Below are positions 26,624-36,696 of a stretch of 58,145 nucleotides of DNA, one piece after another. The stretch covers positions 1 to 58,145 of the forward strand of contig JAGUVT010000017.1 in NCBI GenBank assembly GCA_020062745.1, in the 5' to 3' direction. Position numbers and translations under genes: made by a program. Below the pieces are notes generated by a model, which saw only the letters and a program-made list of their open reading frames with translations, had not been told where the DNA came from and did not search any database. Numbering within the stretch: the first letter of the stretch is position 1; each line of letters opens with the position of its first letter. The DNA comes from Deltaproteobacteria bacterium (GTDB lineage Bacteria; Bacillota; Desulfotomaculia; Desulfotomaculales; JAGUVT01).

Positions 26624-28090
26624 TTGATGACGGCTATGGTTAAGAGATTTGTTTTCGGAGCGGTTTTTTTAGCTGTATTCCTTTGTACTCTGCCGGCTTT
26701 CGCGGCCGGGCCGGCCATTGAAAAAATTGAAGTGAACGGCGAGCCGGCGGCGCAGGTGGCGGTGGTTACCGGCAACACAGTGAGTATTGCCGTTTATGCT
26801 CCGGAGGCGGAGTCGGTGCGGGTGGGCTCGCAGAGCGCCGCTCTGGCCGGCGGCAAGTGGGTGGTAGAAAATTATGTCTTGCGTTCCGGCAAAAACAGTG
26901 TTTCCATTGTAGCGAAGAGCGGCAGCGGCAGCACCACCCAACAGATCATACTGACTTATTTAAATCAGGCCCTGCCGGGGGCGAATTATTACACCCCGTC
27001 AATATTAAATGTCAAATCCATTGACGCTTTCAACAAAGCCTGCCTGATCAGTTTTCCCCAGGGCGATTTTCTAAATGATGAGGGTACGGCTAAACCGGCC
27101 GGTGATCAGAGCATCACCATAAGTGTTTTCGCCCCCGGCGATAAACCCGATCAGTATCATACCTTTGTAAGCCAGGTATACAGGGTGTCGGTGGCTGAAA
27201 GCAATTACAAGCTGGTCTGGCCGGGAACCGTTACGATTCAATATGACAGCCAGGTCAGCATTGCTTCCGGTGATTACCTTACAGTATGGTACAGTACGGA
27301 TAATGCGTGGAGCAGCAGCGATATGATTCTGGGCGGATTTGTGGATACCGGTAAACGTACCATCACCGTGCCTTTTGCCGTACGTGATGGAGACGAGGAC
27401 GGTAGTTACGATCAGCATGGGTATTATGCGGTATTTATCGCCAACCGGGATTTTGCCGAATTTGACCGTAATATGGTGCCGGACCCCAACCTGGAATGGT
27501 CGCGGCCGTATGTGCTTCCTTTATGGGCCAAAGGGGTTATGGAAAGAAGTACTGCCAGGGGGGAAGATTATTTCGGGTTGATTAAAGACGGCAGCTTGCA
27601 GGAAAAAGAAGCATCCAGGCTGGAGTTTACCAGGATGATTGTAAAAGGGATGGGCTTTCCCCTGGTAGACGTTTCCGGAGCTTATACTCCTACCTTTGAT
27701 GATGTTACCAAGGCGGTATATCCTGATGATTTTGTTTACGTTGAGACTGCCGCCAGGCTGGGTATTATCAACGGCTTCCGGGAGGGCGGCGAGGCTTTGT
27801 TCAAACCCGGTGATTTTTTGACCAGGGAGCAGGCTGCCACCGTCATTGCCAGGGTGGCGAACCTGGCCGTTAATGCTGACCAGGATAAGGTAAGTGCTGA
27901 ACTGGCCAAAATATTCAAGCTGGATTATGCTGATATTTCGGCCTGGGCCCGGCCGTATGTGCTGGCGGCTTATAAAGGAGGCTATATTAAAGGTTATGGA
28001 GACGGTTCTTTCGGTCCGCTGGAACTGTTTACCAGAGCACAGGAAGCCAAGTTGGTTTATTACCTGATTAAAAAAGCAAAAAAAGTTTAA
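26624..28090 (+). CDS. Secreted S-layer homology (SLH) domain protein
   Basis: Signal peptide (PAFA/AG) and C-terminal SLH-like repeats (SRLEFTRM, FKPGDFLTREQAA, WARPYV..AYKGGYIKGYGDGSFGP...TRAQ). Confidence 0.82.
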   Translation: MMTAMVKRFVFGAVFLAVFLCTLPAFAAGPAIEKIEVNGEPAAQVAVVTGNTVSIAVYAPEAESVRVGSQSAALAGGKWVVENYVLRSGKNSVSIVAKSGSGSTTQQIILTYLNQALPGANYYTPSILNVKSIDAFNKACLISFPQGDFLNDEGTAKPAGDQSITISVFAPGDKPDQYHTFVSQVYRVSVAESNYKLVWPGTVTIQYDSQVSIASGDYLTVWYSTDNAWSSSDMILGGFVDTGKRTITVPFAVRDGDEDGSYDQHGYYAVFIANRDFAEFDRNMVPDPNLEWSRPYVLPLWAKGVMERSTARGEDYFGLIKDGSLQEKEASRLEFTRMIVKGMGFPLVDVSGAYTPTFDDVTKAVYPDDFVYVETAARLGIINGFREGGEALFKPGDFLTREQAATVIARVANLAVNADQDKVSAELAKIFKLDYADISAWARPYVLAAYKGGYIKGYGDGSFGPLELFTRAQEAKLVYYLIKKAKKV

Positions 28091-28207
28091 AAAAATTCCC
28101 AAAAATATTACCATTAAAAAAGGATTTTTGCTAAAATTAGCTAAGTATACAACGGTGAATCGAAAAATGTCGGTTATTTCGGGATGATAATTAGCTGAAA
28201 GGGTGGA

Positions 28208-28627
28208 TTGAAGGTGTCATTGTTTGACGGCGATATTATGGTGGCCTTGAAGAAATCGCTTGATGCCGGGGCTTTAAGGCAACGGGTGATAGCCAATAAT
28301 ATTGCCAATATAAATACACCTGGTTTTAAAAAGTCGGCGGTTAGTTTTGAAGAGCGCTTAAAAATGGCTCTTACCGGGCCGTCGTCGGGGATTGCTTTAA
28401 AAACTTCCGATCCCAGGCATATTTCTGCGGCTTCTTCCCTGGCGGAATTGCAGCCGCAGGTGGTGAAGGTAAGCGACACCGCCATGCGCCCGGATGGCAA
28501 CAATGTGGATATAGACCAGGAGATGGTTCAAGTGGCTGCCAATACAATAAATTATAACGTTGCAGGGCGGGCGCTTAATGGACAATATAGTATCCTTGAT
28601 TACGTAATTACAGGGAGGAGACTGTAG
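28208..28627 (+). CDS. flgB: Flagellar basal body rod protein FlgB
   Basis: RQRVIANNIANINTPGFK, DGNNVDIDQEM. Confidence 0.95.
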   Translation: MKVSLFDGDIMVALKKSLDAGALRQRVIANNIANINTPGFKKSAVSFEERLKMALTGPSSGIALKTSDPRHISAASSLAELQPQVVKVSDTAMRPDGNNVDIDQEMVQVAANTINYNVAGRALNGQYSILDYVITGRRL

Positions 28628-28630
28628 TTT

Positions 28631-29053
28631 ATGAACCTGTTCGGCTCTTTTGGGATCAGTGCTTCCGGCCTTACGGCGGAACGCCTGCGGCTGGATGTGA
28701 TTGCTAATAATCTGGCCAACGTCAGTACCACCCGCACAGCGAAAGGAGGGCCTTTCCGCCGGCAGTATGTTGTTTTTGCCGAACGTCTTCGTAACTCTCA
28801 TGACGGCGGTCAGTACCGGGGCGCCGGAGTACGGGTGGCCGCCCTGGCGGAAGAGCAAAGTCAGCCCAGACTGGTTTATAAACCCGATCATCCCGACGCT
28901 GATGAAAAGGGTTATGTTGCTTATCCCAACATTAACATTACAAACGAAATGGTGGATATGATTACGGCTACCAGGGCTTATCAGGCTAATGCTACTGCTT
29001 TGGAGGCGGCGAAGGATATAGCCCAAAAAGCGCTGGAAATCGGCCGGCTGTAG
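28631..29053 (+). CDS. flgC: Flagellar basal body rod protein FlgC
   Basis: ISASGLTAERLRLDVIANNLAN, PDHPDAD..GYV.YPN, EMVDMITATRAYQAN. Confidence 0.96.
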   Translation: MNLFGSFGISASGLTAERLRLDVIANNLANVSTTRTAKGGPFRRQYVVFAERLRNSHDGGQYRGAGVRVAALAEEQSQPRLVYKPDHPDADEKGYVAYPNINITNEMVDMITATRAYQANATALEAAKDIAQKALEIGRL

Positions 29054-29114
29054 CACTGGCTTTTTAACGCGTTAAAATGGGTTTTCGACAATACAGCGCA
29101 GGAGGTGTTTTGGG

Positions 29115-29405
29115 ATGACGGTAGAGCCTGTCGGCTTTGGTCTACCTGCTGCATTTACCGGAGGAGGAAAGGATGGCCGGGCAGGTGTCAGCTTTGGTGA
29201 TGTTCTGGCAAGCGCCGTTAATAAGGTCAATGAAGCGCAGTTAAAAGCTGATAAGCTTACCGGGCAATTTTTAGCAGGTGAAATTCAAGATATTCATCAG
29301 GTAACTATAGCCATGCAGGAAGCCAGGCTAACCATGCAACTGGCGTTGGAAGTCCGTAATAAAATAGTGGAAGCATATCAGGAGATGGCGCGTATGCAGG
29401 TTTAA
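29115..29405 (+). CDS. fliE: Hook-basal body protein FliE
   Basis: DIHQVTIA...EVRNKIVEAYQEMARMQV. Confidence 0.95.
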   Translation: MTVEPVGFGLPAAFTGGGKDGRAGVSFGDVLASAVNKVNEAQLKADKLTGQFLAGEIQDIHQVTIAMQEARLTMQLALEVRNKIVEAYQEMARMQV

Positions 29406-29500
29406 GAAACCGGCAGGCGTGAGTTTGGAGGTAAGTACCGGGTGGGGTCTTTCATTATGCGGAAACGTTTTGGTGAAACTTATCTCCAAAGGAGAGTGAT

Positions 29501-31063
29501 GTGATGAATGGGGGGGAACTGTTAAAAGGGTTTGGTATTCGCTGGCAACAGTTGACCCCGGTACAAAAAACACTCAGCATTTTGGTCGGTGCGGGCATGT
29601 TGATCTCCATAGTTTTCCTGGTGCAAACCATGGGAAGACCCGCATATGCTCCTCTTTTTACGCAAATGGACCCCAGGGAGGCGGGGGCTGTAGTGGAAAA
29701 GTTAAAGTCCATGAAAGTACCCTACCGTCTGACGGATCAGGGACGAACAATCGAGGTGCCGGATAAACAAGTTTATGATGTACGGATTCAGTTGGCCAGT
29801 AGCGGTGCATTGGGGAGCACTGGTGCCGGCTTTGAACTTTTTGACCAGAAAAAATTAGGAATGACCGATTTTGAGCAGCAGGTTGGTTATCAGAGGGCAT
29901 TGCAGGAGGAACTGCGGCGTACTATCGTCCAGTTGGAAGGGGTGGAGCAGGCCAGAGTGCATCTGGTAATTCCTCAGAAAAGCGTATTTATTGAGAATCA
30001 AGCCAGCCCGTCGGCTTCTATTGCTTTTAAATTGAAGCCTCTGTCGAAATTAAAGCCGGAACAGGTGCAGGGTATAGTCGATCTGGTGGCGGGCAGCGTG
30101 GAGGGCCTTAAACCGGAGAACATTCACATCATTGATATGCAGGGCAATATCTTGAATGACGCGTCGGGCGGGGGTGATTCACGGGCCCTGGCTTTGAGTG
30201 TTACCAACCAGCAAGAAGTAAAACGGGCCTACGAAAAAGAACTGGAGAAAAAAGTGCAGCAGGTCCTGGAGAAAATTCTCGGGCCGGGTAAAGCAGTGGC
30301 TATGGTAACTGCCGACCTGGACTTTAGCCAGCAGCAGGTTACTACCATCACACCTCTTACCGATCCCGTGGTTTTGAGTGAGCATACTGTAACCGAACGC
30401 GGTTCCGGTGCCGGAAGTAATGGCGGGTCGGCGGATACGCAGAGTAAAATCACTACTTATCCGGCGTCGGATGGTGAAAGCAATGGCGGCTATGCCCGGG
30501 ATGAGTTTACTAAGAATTACCAGGTAGGCAGTAAGCAGGAGACGGTGGTCCAGGCTCCGGGAACACTGCGCCGTCTTTCTACTGCTGTGGTTGTGGATGG
30601 GGATTTGTCCGGTGAACAGGTCCAGAAAATCGAGGAGATGGTAGCAACGGCCCTGGGCGGCGATAGTAACCGGGGTGATCAGATTTTTGTATCTTCGATG
30701 GCCTTTGATACCAGTTACCAGGAAAAACTCCGGCAGGAAATGGAGCAGGCTGATGTTGCCGCCAGGCAGGTGGAAAAAGAGAAACAAAGGCTTAAGCTTT
30801 TGCAATATGGAGCTGTTGGGTTTGGACTGTTGTTGTTGGCTGTTATAGTTGTGGTAGTGCGTTTGAGAAGTGCCAGAGGCGTTGAGGAACCGGTTGGACG
30901 GCAGGTAATACCGATTAGGGAACTGGAGAGAGAAGTGGCGGTTACGGGAGAACAGTTGGCGGGTAACGTCCGGCAGGAAGAAGCCCGGGAACTGGCCAGG
31001 CAGAAACCGGAGGATGTGGCCCAGATTCTGAAAGTGTGGCTGACGGAAGAGCGGGGAGGTTAA
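29501..31063 (+). CDS. fliF: MS-ring protein FliF
   Basis: GFELFD, TDFEQ..YQRALQEEL, ARVHLVIP, RGDQI; two TM segments. Confidence 0.95.
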   Translation: MMNGGELLKGFGIRWQQLTPVQKTLSILVGAGMLISIVFLVQTMGRPAYAPLFTQMDPREAGAVVEKLKSMKVPYRLTDQGRTIEVPDKQVYDVRIQLASSGALGSTGAGFELFDQKKLGMTDFEQQVGYQRALQEELRRTIVQLEGVEQARVHLVIPQKSVFIENQASPSASIAFKLKPLSKLKPEQVQGIVDLVAGSVEGLKPENIHIIDMQGNILNDASGGGDSRALALSVTNQQEVKRAYEKELEKKVQQVLEKILGPGKAVAMVTADLDFSQQQVTTITPLTDPVVLSEHTVTERGSGAGSNGGSADTQSKITTYPASDGESNGGYARDEFTKNYQVGSKQETVVQAPGTLRRLSTAVVVDGDLSGEQVQKIEEMVATALGGDSNRGDQIFVSSMAFDTSYQEKLRQEMEQADVAARQVEKEKQRLKLLQYGAVGFGLLLLAVIVVVVRLRSARGVEEPVGRQVIPIRELEREVAVTGEQLAGNVRQEEARELARQKPEDVAQILKVWLTEERGG

Positions 31064-31066
31064 CAG

Positions 31067-32083
31067 ATGGGTGTTGCCGGAACCAGGTTGACCGGCCCGC
31101 AGAAAGCGGCTATTTTGTTGATATCTTTAGGCGCTGATCTTTCATCACGCGTTCTTAAACATGGATTTTACGATGAGGAAATTGAACGTATAAGCTATGA
31201 GATCAGTACCATGGAACGTATTCCCCAGACTTTGCGGGATCAGGTCATGGATGAGTTTAAAGAATTAAAGCAGGCCAGGGATTACCTGATTCAGGGCGGC
31301 ATTAAATATGCAAAAGAAGTGTTGGAAAAAACTTATGGGGCTTCCCGGGCGGCGGAGATGGTCAGTAAGTTGACCGGTCAGATTAGAAACATACCGTTTA
31401 ATGCTTTGCGGAAGACTGATCCGAGGCATTTAAGCAACTTCTTGCGGGAGGAAAACCCGCAGACCATTGCCCTTGTCCTGGCCCATCTGCATTTGGAACA
31501 GGCTTCGATGGTTTTATCCGCCCTGCCGCAGGAATTGCAAAGCGAGGTGGCCAGACGGCTGGCGATTATGGAGCGCACTTCACCGGAAATTACCCAGGAG
31601 GTAGAGCGGGTTCTGGAGATGAAGCTGGCTTCGGTAATCCAGCAGGAGCATACGTCGGTAGGAGGCATAAAAGCGCTGGTGGATATTTTGAATATGGTCA
31701 GCCGGGGGACGGAAAAAAATATTTTAGAAGAACTGGAAAATGATGATCCGTTGCTGGCCGAAGAAGTCAGGCGGCGAATGTTTTTATTTGAAGACATTGT
31801 TAAGTTGGACGACCTTTCGGTCCAGAGGATTCTGCGGGAGGTCGATCCTAAGGATCTGGCTCTGGCCATGCGCGGCGCCAATGAAGATGTTCGCTCTTGT
31901 GTCTATAAAAACCAGTCCAAACGGGCATCTGATTTGCTTAAAGAAGAAATTGAATTTATGGGGCCGGTACGTTTGAAAGATGTTGAGGAAGCGCAAATGA
32001 AGGTAGTTAAAGTGATCAGGCGTCTTGAAGAAGATGGCGAGATAATAATTTCCCGGGGTGGCGAAGATGCACTTATTGTCTAA
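31067..32083 (+). CDS. fliG: Motor switch protein FliG
   Basis: QKAAILLISLG, ENPQTIALVL, MFLFED, GPVRLKDVEEAQ. Confidence 0.96.
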   Translation: MGVAGTRLTGPQKAAILLISLGADLSSRVLKHGFYDEEIERISYEISTMERIPQTLRDQVMDEFKELKQARDYLIQGGIKYAKEVLEKTYGASRAAEMVSKLTGQIRNIPFNALRKTDPRHLSNFLREENPQTIALVLAHLHLEQASMVLSALPQELQSEVARRLAIMERTSPEITQEVERVLEMKLASVIQQEHTSVGGIKALVDILNMVSRGTEKNILEELENDDPLLAEEVRRRMFLFEDIVKLDDLSVQRILREVDPKDLALAMRGANEDVRSCVYKNQSKRASDLLKEEIEFMGPVRLKDVEEAQMKVVKVIRRLEEDGEIIISRGGEDALIV

Positions 32084-32744
32084 AGTAATTAAAGGAGCCC
32101 GGGTTTGGGATAAAAACCACCAGCTGGTTTTGAAAGAGGAATTCCCGGTACGGTCCAGGTATAAACGAAGTGAAACGGATATTTTAGATAATGCCCGGCA
32201 GGAAGTGGAAGAAATACTGGCTAAAGCCAGGGAAGAGGCCAGGCAAATTATTGCCGATGCTCATAAGGAAGGCTTTCAGGAAGGCTACCGGGAAGCATTG
32301 ACGGCGGCCAATGAAGAGGCGGAAGCCACTCGTGCTTCGGCCAGGGAAGTTTTGAGGCAGGCCGAAGAAATCTTGCAAGAAAAAATAAAACTGCTGGAGA
32401 GTGAGTTAATAAGTCTGGCTGTTGAAATAGCCGAAAAAATAGTAGCCAGGCAGATTACCATAGATGATGAAACAGTGGTGGCTATTGCCAGGGAGGTTCT
32501 GCAACTGGTAAGCGACCGGAAGCAGGTGATCTTTTTCGCCAACCCGGCTGAGGTGGATATTTTACGCAGCAGGAAGGAAGAATTTCTCCAGTTGGTGCCC
32601 CGGCGGACGGTAGTGGAGATAGTTCCCGATGCAAATATTAAACCGGGCGGGTTCCGGATAGAAACGGAACAGGGTCTGGTAGACGCCACTATTGACCAGC
32701 GGTGGTCGAAGCTGCTGGAGGAAATAAGGAGCGATGAAGGTTGA
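32067..32744 (+). CDS. fliH: Flagellar export protein FliH
   Basis: AHKEGFQEGYREA GxxxG repeats, IETEQGLVDATI; lies between fliG and fliI. Confidence 0.9.
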   Translation: MHLLSKVIKGARVWDKNHQLVLKEEFPVRSRYKRSETDILDNARQEVEEILAKAREEARQIIADAHKEGFQEGYREALTAANEEAEATRASAREVLRQAEEILQEKIKLLESELISLAVEIAEKIVARQITIDDETVVAIAREVLQLVSDRKQVIFFANPAEVDILRSRKEEFLQLVPRRTVVEIVPDANIKPGGFRIETEQGLVDATIDQRWSKLLEEIRSDEG

Positions 32745-34081
32745 GCCTCTCAATTGATGTTGATTTTTCTCCGGTGAGAAAAAAAATAGAGCGGGCCACC
32801 AATCTTTTTAAGTTGATCGGCCATGTTTTTCAGGTAATCGGTCTGACTATTGAGGTAAGAGGAATCAAAGCTTCCATTGGAGAGGTTTGTAATATTGTTT
32901 TGCCGGGTGAAGACTTTTCGATGCAGGCGGAAGTAGTCGGGTTTCGAGAGAAGTCTACGCTTTTAATGCCGCTTGGTGAATTGAGAGGAATTTACCCGGG
33001 TTGTCAGGTTGTTCCTACAGGTAAACCTTTAATGATAAAGGCAGGGTGGCATTTACCCGGTCAAGTAGTGGATGGTCTGGGGATGCCTGTAAATCAGGTT
33101 TTTTGTAAACAGGGGAAAAGCATCCCCGTTAATAACCGTCCGCTGGATGCTTTTAATCGCAAAAGAATTACTGAGGTGCTGGTTACCGGAGTAAAGGCTA
33201 TTGACGCCTTGCTCACCTGTGGAAAGGGGCAGCGTCTCGGTATATTTTCCGGTAGTGGAGTTGGTAAAAGTACGTTGCTGGGTATGATTGCCCGGTATAG
33301 CACGGCTGATATTAATGTTATCGGTCTGATCGGGGAGCGGGGCCGGGAAGTACTGGATTTTATCGAAACCAGCCTTGGACCGGAAGGATTGGCCAAATCG
33401 GTAGTGGTGGCCGCCACATCGGACCAGCCGGCCCTGGTCAGGCTTAACGGCGCTTTTGTGGCCAGTGCGCTGGCAGAGTACTTTCGTGACGAAGGTAAAA
33501 ATGTTTTGCTTCTTTTAGACTCGGTAACCAGGTTTGCCATGGCCCAGCGGGAGGTTGGTCTGGCTATCGGCGAGCCGCCGGCGACGAAAGGTTATACGCC
33601 TTCGGTTTTTGCCTTGCTGCCCAGGCTGCTGGAAAGGTCCGGTAATACTCATAAAGGATCGATAACGGCTTTTTATACGGTATTGGTGGAAGGTGATGAT
33701 ATGAATGAACCGATAGCTGATGCCGTGAGGGGAATTTTAGATGGTCATATAGTTCTCGGCCGGGGGCTGGCAGCTCAGAACCATTATCCGGCGATAGACA
33801 TCTTGAATAGTGTCAGCCGGTTGATGCCCGACCTTGCCCTTCCGGAGCACCAGAAACAGGCGGCGGCGTTACGGGAGTTGCTGGCGGCTTACCAGCAGGC
33901 GGAAGACCTGATTAACATCGGCGCCTATGTCGGCGGTTCAAATCCGAAGATTGACAGGGCTATTGAGGCTCGGGAAAGAATTATTGATTTCTTAAGGCAG
34001 TATCCTGATGAACAGGTTTCTTACGAAAATACTTTGGAGTGGTTGGCATCTATTGTAACGGGGGTGACACCGGTTGCCTAA
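32741..34081 (+). CDS. fliI: Flagellar export ATPase FliI
   Basis: GSGVGKST Walker A, GERGREV, DSVTRFAMAQRE, DGHIVL. Confidence 0.96.
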   Translation: MSLSIDVDFSPVRKKIERATNLFKLIGHVFQVIGLTIEVRGIKASIGEVCNIVLPGEDFSMQAEVVGFREKSTLLMPLGELRGIYPGCQVVPTGKPLMIKAGWHLPGQVVDGLGMPVNQVFCKQGKSIPVNNRPLDAFNRKRITEVLVTGVKAIDALLTCGKGQRLGIFSGSGVGKSTLLGMIARYSTADINVIGLIGERGREVLDFIETSLGPEGLAKSVVVAATSDQPALVRLNGAFVASALAEYFRDEGKNVLLLLDSVTRFAMAQREVGLAIGEPPATKGYTPSVFALLPRLLERSGNTHKGSITAFYTVLVEGDDMNEPIADAVRGILDGHIVLGRGLAAQNHYPAIDILNSVSRLMPDLALPEHQKQAAALRELLAAYQQAEDLINIGAYVGGSNPKIDRAIEARERIIDFLRQYPDEQVSYENTLEWLASIVTGVTPVA

Positions 34082-34514
34082 ATTCCTATTCAGACTGGAG
34101 CCTGTTCTGGGTTTCAGGGAGCAGGTTGAACAGTCGGCAAGTCAACGGTTGGCTGCAGCTCAAAAGGAATATGATTTGTGGGTCGAAGCAAGGACGGAAA
34201 CCAGGCGCCGGTTGGAGGCGATTATGGAGCCTGTACCGGAGAAGGGAATGGCTTCTGTTGATGTGGCAGGAGGGTTGCACCGCATGCTTTTTCAGCAGTT
34301 TCTGACGAACAGGATGGAAACTCAATTGGAGAATATGGTTAAAGCCGGGCGGCAAATGGAGGAATGCCGTAATGATTTGGTGGAAGCGAGACGGGAGCGG
34401 CTGGTGCTGGAGAAGTTGAAAGAGAAAAAGTATTTTGAGTACCTGTCCGGGGTGGCGGCAGCAGAGCAAAAGTTATCTGATGATCTGGCTCAGCGGAAAA
34501 AAATTAAGGTTTAA
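34074..34514 (+). CDS. fliJ: Flagellar export protein FliJ
   Basis: FLFRLEPVL..RE..E, LEKLKEK, EQK..DD. Confidence 0.9.
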   Translation: MPKFLFRLEPVLGFREQVEQSASQRLAAAQKEYDLWVEARTETRRRLEAIMEPVPEKGMASVDVAGGLHRMLFQQFLTNRMETQLENMVKAGRQMEECRNDLVEARRERLVLEKLKEKKYFEYLSGVAAAEQKLSDDLAQRKKIKV

Positions 34515-34552
34515 GGGGTTGGGGAAATATAGAGTGCTGAAAGGAGGTGAAG

Positions 34553-35728
34553 ATGATGATTACAGGTGTTTTGGGGTCGATTGGCAGTGAAGGAGAGGTG
34601 TTGTCTGGTAAATATCGTGAGCCTTTAAAAGAAGACTCCGGTACTGGTGGGTTATTCATGCAGATCCTGGGAACCCTGATGGCCTGCGGCCAGGATGTTC
34701 TGCCTGGGCCGACAAGCGCCACGTGCGGCCCGGCGCCGGAAACCAGGGGTTCTAGTCCCTTGATGTGGCAATTAAAATTACCGGGATGGCTGATGGGTAA
34801 ACCGGGCAGTGCATTATTGCAGGGCTTGGAAGAAGTTCCGATGCTGCTCTGCAAGCTTCCTCCCGGCATAATAATGAGGCAGGAGGCGTGGGATAACGAC
34901 CACAGGGCTTTAGCTCTTCAGACGGCTTTCGACGGTTTTAAGGATTCTGGAGTAAAACAGCAATTGGAAATATTGCCGGAACTGCCGGCAGGTTTGCTTT
35001 GCAACCGGAAAAGTCCGGAGGGAGGCCCTGTATTTTTGGAGGAGTTCCCTGACGGAAAAACGCTGTCGGATAGCGAGAAACTTTACCCGCGGTTTCCCTC
35101 TAAGGGCCCGAGCCTTGTTGGAACGCCTGAGTCAAGGCCGGGTGCGATACCGGTAAAAATGCCGGAGGAAAAGCCTTTGGTGGAATACCAGCCGGTTAAG
35201 GCAACAAAGCCGGAGATGGCAGGGGATCTTGCCGGCGCTACGTTATCACCTGGTTTGGCAAAAGGGGTTTCGGCGCAGGCAAATGTGGTGGATGATGTCC
35301 CTTTGGAGCAGGTAACCAGAGTAGTTGTGATGAAGATTCAAAGGTTAATAGACGAAGGACAGCAAAAAGTTAATCTTCAGTTAAAGCTGAAACCTTCTCA
35401 TTTAGGAGATTTGACTGTAAAGATTTACCTGGAAAAAGGAGGTGAATTGAAAGCTCATTTTTATACTGATAACAGTACAGTGAGAGATGTAATTGAAGCC
35501 ACATTGAATCAGTTGAAAGATACTCTGGCTGCACAACGGTTGCTGTTGCAAGAAGCAGCGGTTTTTCTGGGTGATGGAAGTGGTAATTTTAACCGGGACG
35601 GCTGGCTGAACCGTTGTTTTGAAGCAGGTACGAGGTTGCCCGGGCCGGGTAATCAGGTGGCGGAGGATAAGACGGCAATTCTAGAAAATAGTTCGCTGAG
35701 TAATTCGCTTGTTGACTACTTGATTTAA
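34553..35728 (+). CDS. fliK: Hook-length control protein FliK
   Basis: Pro-rich variable N-terminus and C-terminal LKPSHLGDLTVKI...LNQLKDTL; precedes flgD. Confidence 0.85.
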   Translation: MMITGVLGSIGSEGEVLSGKYREPLKEDSGTGGLFMQILGTLMACGQDVLPGPTSATCGPAPETRGSSPLMWQLKLPGWLMGKPGSALLQGLEEVPMLLCKLPPGIIMRQEAWDNDHRALALQTAFDGFKDSGVKQQLEILPELPAGLLCNRKSPEGGPVFLEEFPDGKTLSDSEKLYPRFPSKGPSLVGTPESRPGAIPVKMPEEKPLVEYQPVKATKPEMAGDLAGATLSPGLAKGVSAQANVVDDVPLEQVTRVVVMKIQRLIDEGQQKVNLQLKLKPSHLGDLTVKIYLEKGGELKAHFYTDNSTVRDVIEATLNQLKDTLAAQRLLLQEAAVFLGDGSGNFNRDGWLNRCFEAGTRLPGPGNQVAEDKTAILENSSLSNSLVDYLI

Positions 35729-35741
35729 GAAAGTGGGTGAG

Positions 35742-36149
35742 ATGATGCAGGTTAACGCCCTGGCAGGAAATGCTTTTACAGCATTGGAAGCGCCTGATTC
35801 AGCAAACAGTACGTTGGACAGGGATGCCTTTTTAAAGGTTTTAATTGCTCAATTGCGCTATCAAGACCCGATGAGTCCGATGGATAATACTGCCTTTGTT
35901 ACCCAACTGGCCCAGATGAGTTCCCTTGAACAAATGCAGAACTTGAGCCAGTCTTTAAATTACCTGTTTCAGATGCAAATGGTTAATCAGACTTTGACGT
36001 TGCTTGGCAGGGAAGTGACGGTTGTACAGGAGGATGGGCAACTGGTTACCGGAAGGGTGGAGAAAGCAAGTTTTAAGGACGGTTCGGCCAGAGTGCTGAT
36101 CAGCGGCGGGTGGTACCCGGCGGAAAGGATAGTCGAAGTGGGGATATAA
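35742..36149 (+). CDS. flgD: Hook capping protein FlgD
   Basis: LDRDAFLKVLIAQLRYQDPMSPMDNTAFVTQLAQMSSLEQ. Confidence 0.95.
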   Translation: MMQVNALAGNAFTALEAPDSANSTLDRDAFLKVLIAQLRYQDPMSPMDNTAFVTQLAQMSSLEQMQNLSQSLNYLFQMQMVNQTLTLLGREVTVVQEDGQLVTGRVEKASFKDGSARVLISGGWYPAERIVEVGI

Positions 36150-36219
36150 GTAACTGCTGCCTTGAATAGCGGTTTTGCACGGAGTTTGTCTCTAAAATGA
36201 GTGGCAGGGAGGTGAGAAA

Positions 36220-36609
36220 ATGGATGGTAAAGTACCGGCATGGTTTCCGCCACAGCCGGTGGTTGAGAGGCCGGATGTTGCCAGACGGCCGGGATCTGCT
36301 GCTGACGCTGGGAAGAAGGAAGCATTTGCAGAGCTTTATCGTAAGGAATTAGAACGTTTAACCTTTTCGGCTCATGCTGTGAAGAGGCTAAAGGAACGTA
36401 ATATTGCTCTTAGTGATATGGAGCTGGATAAATTAAGCAGTGCGGCTAGAAAAGCGGCAGTTAAAGGCGGACGGGATGTACTCATACTTTACGGTGGGCT
36501 GGCTTTTATCACCAGCACCAGGAACCATACGGTAGTTACCGCCCTGGATGGCGAATTGTTAGGCGAACATGTATTTACAAATATTGACAGTGCGGTGATT
36601 TTAAAGTAG
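36220..36609 (+). CDS. Flagellar operon protein (TIGR02530-type)
   Basis: LTFSAHAVKRLKERNI, AAVKGG, NHTVVTA, VFTNIDSAVI; lies between flgD and flgE. Confidence 0.88.
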   Translation: MDGKVPAWFPPQPVVERPDVARRPGSAADAGKKEAFAELYRKELERLTFSAHAVKRLKERNIALSDMELDKLSSAARKAAVKGGRDVLILYGGLAFITSTRNHTVVTALDGELLGEHVFTNIDSAVILK

Positions 36610-36616
36610 TTCAAAA

Positions 36617-36670
36617 CCAGCTGGCCCGAAAGGAGGCTGGACCAATCCTGCTGAACGACAGAGGCGGGAT
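36617..36670 (+). promoter_or_regulatory. Twin-hairpin structured leader upstream of the hook gene
   Basis: CCAGCT...GGCTGG and ATCCTGC...GCGGGAT stems with purine-rich loops. Confidence 0.45.
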
Positions 36671-36696
36671 AATTTAGAAAATAGGAGGGTGAAAAG

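Noticed and set aside
28091-28207. c-di-GMP riboswitch or invertible flagellar switch upstream of flgB
   Set aside because: The spacer is short, with no GEMM-type motifs or flanking inverted repeats; an AAAGGATTT SigH-like -35 lacks a good -10.
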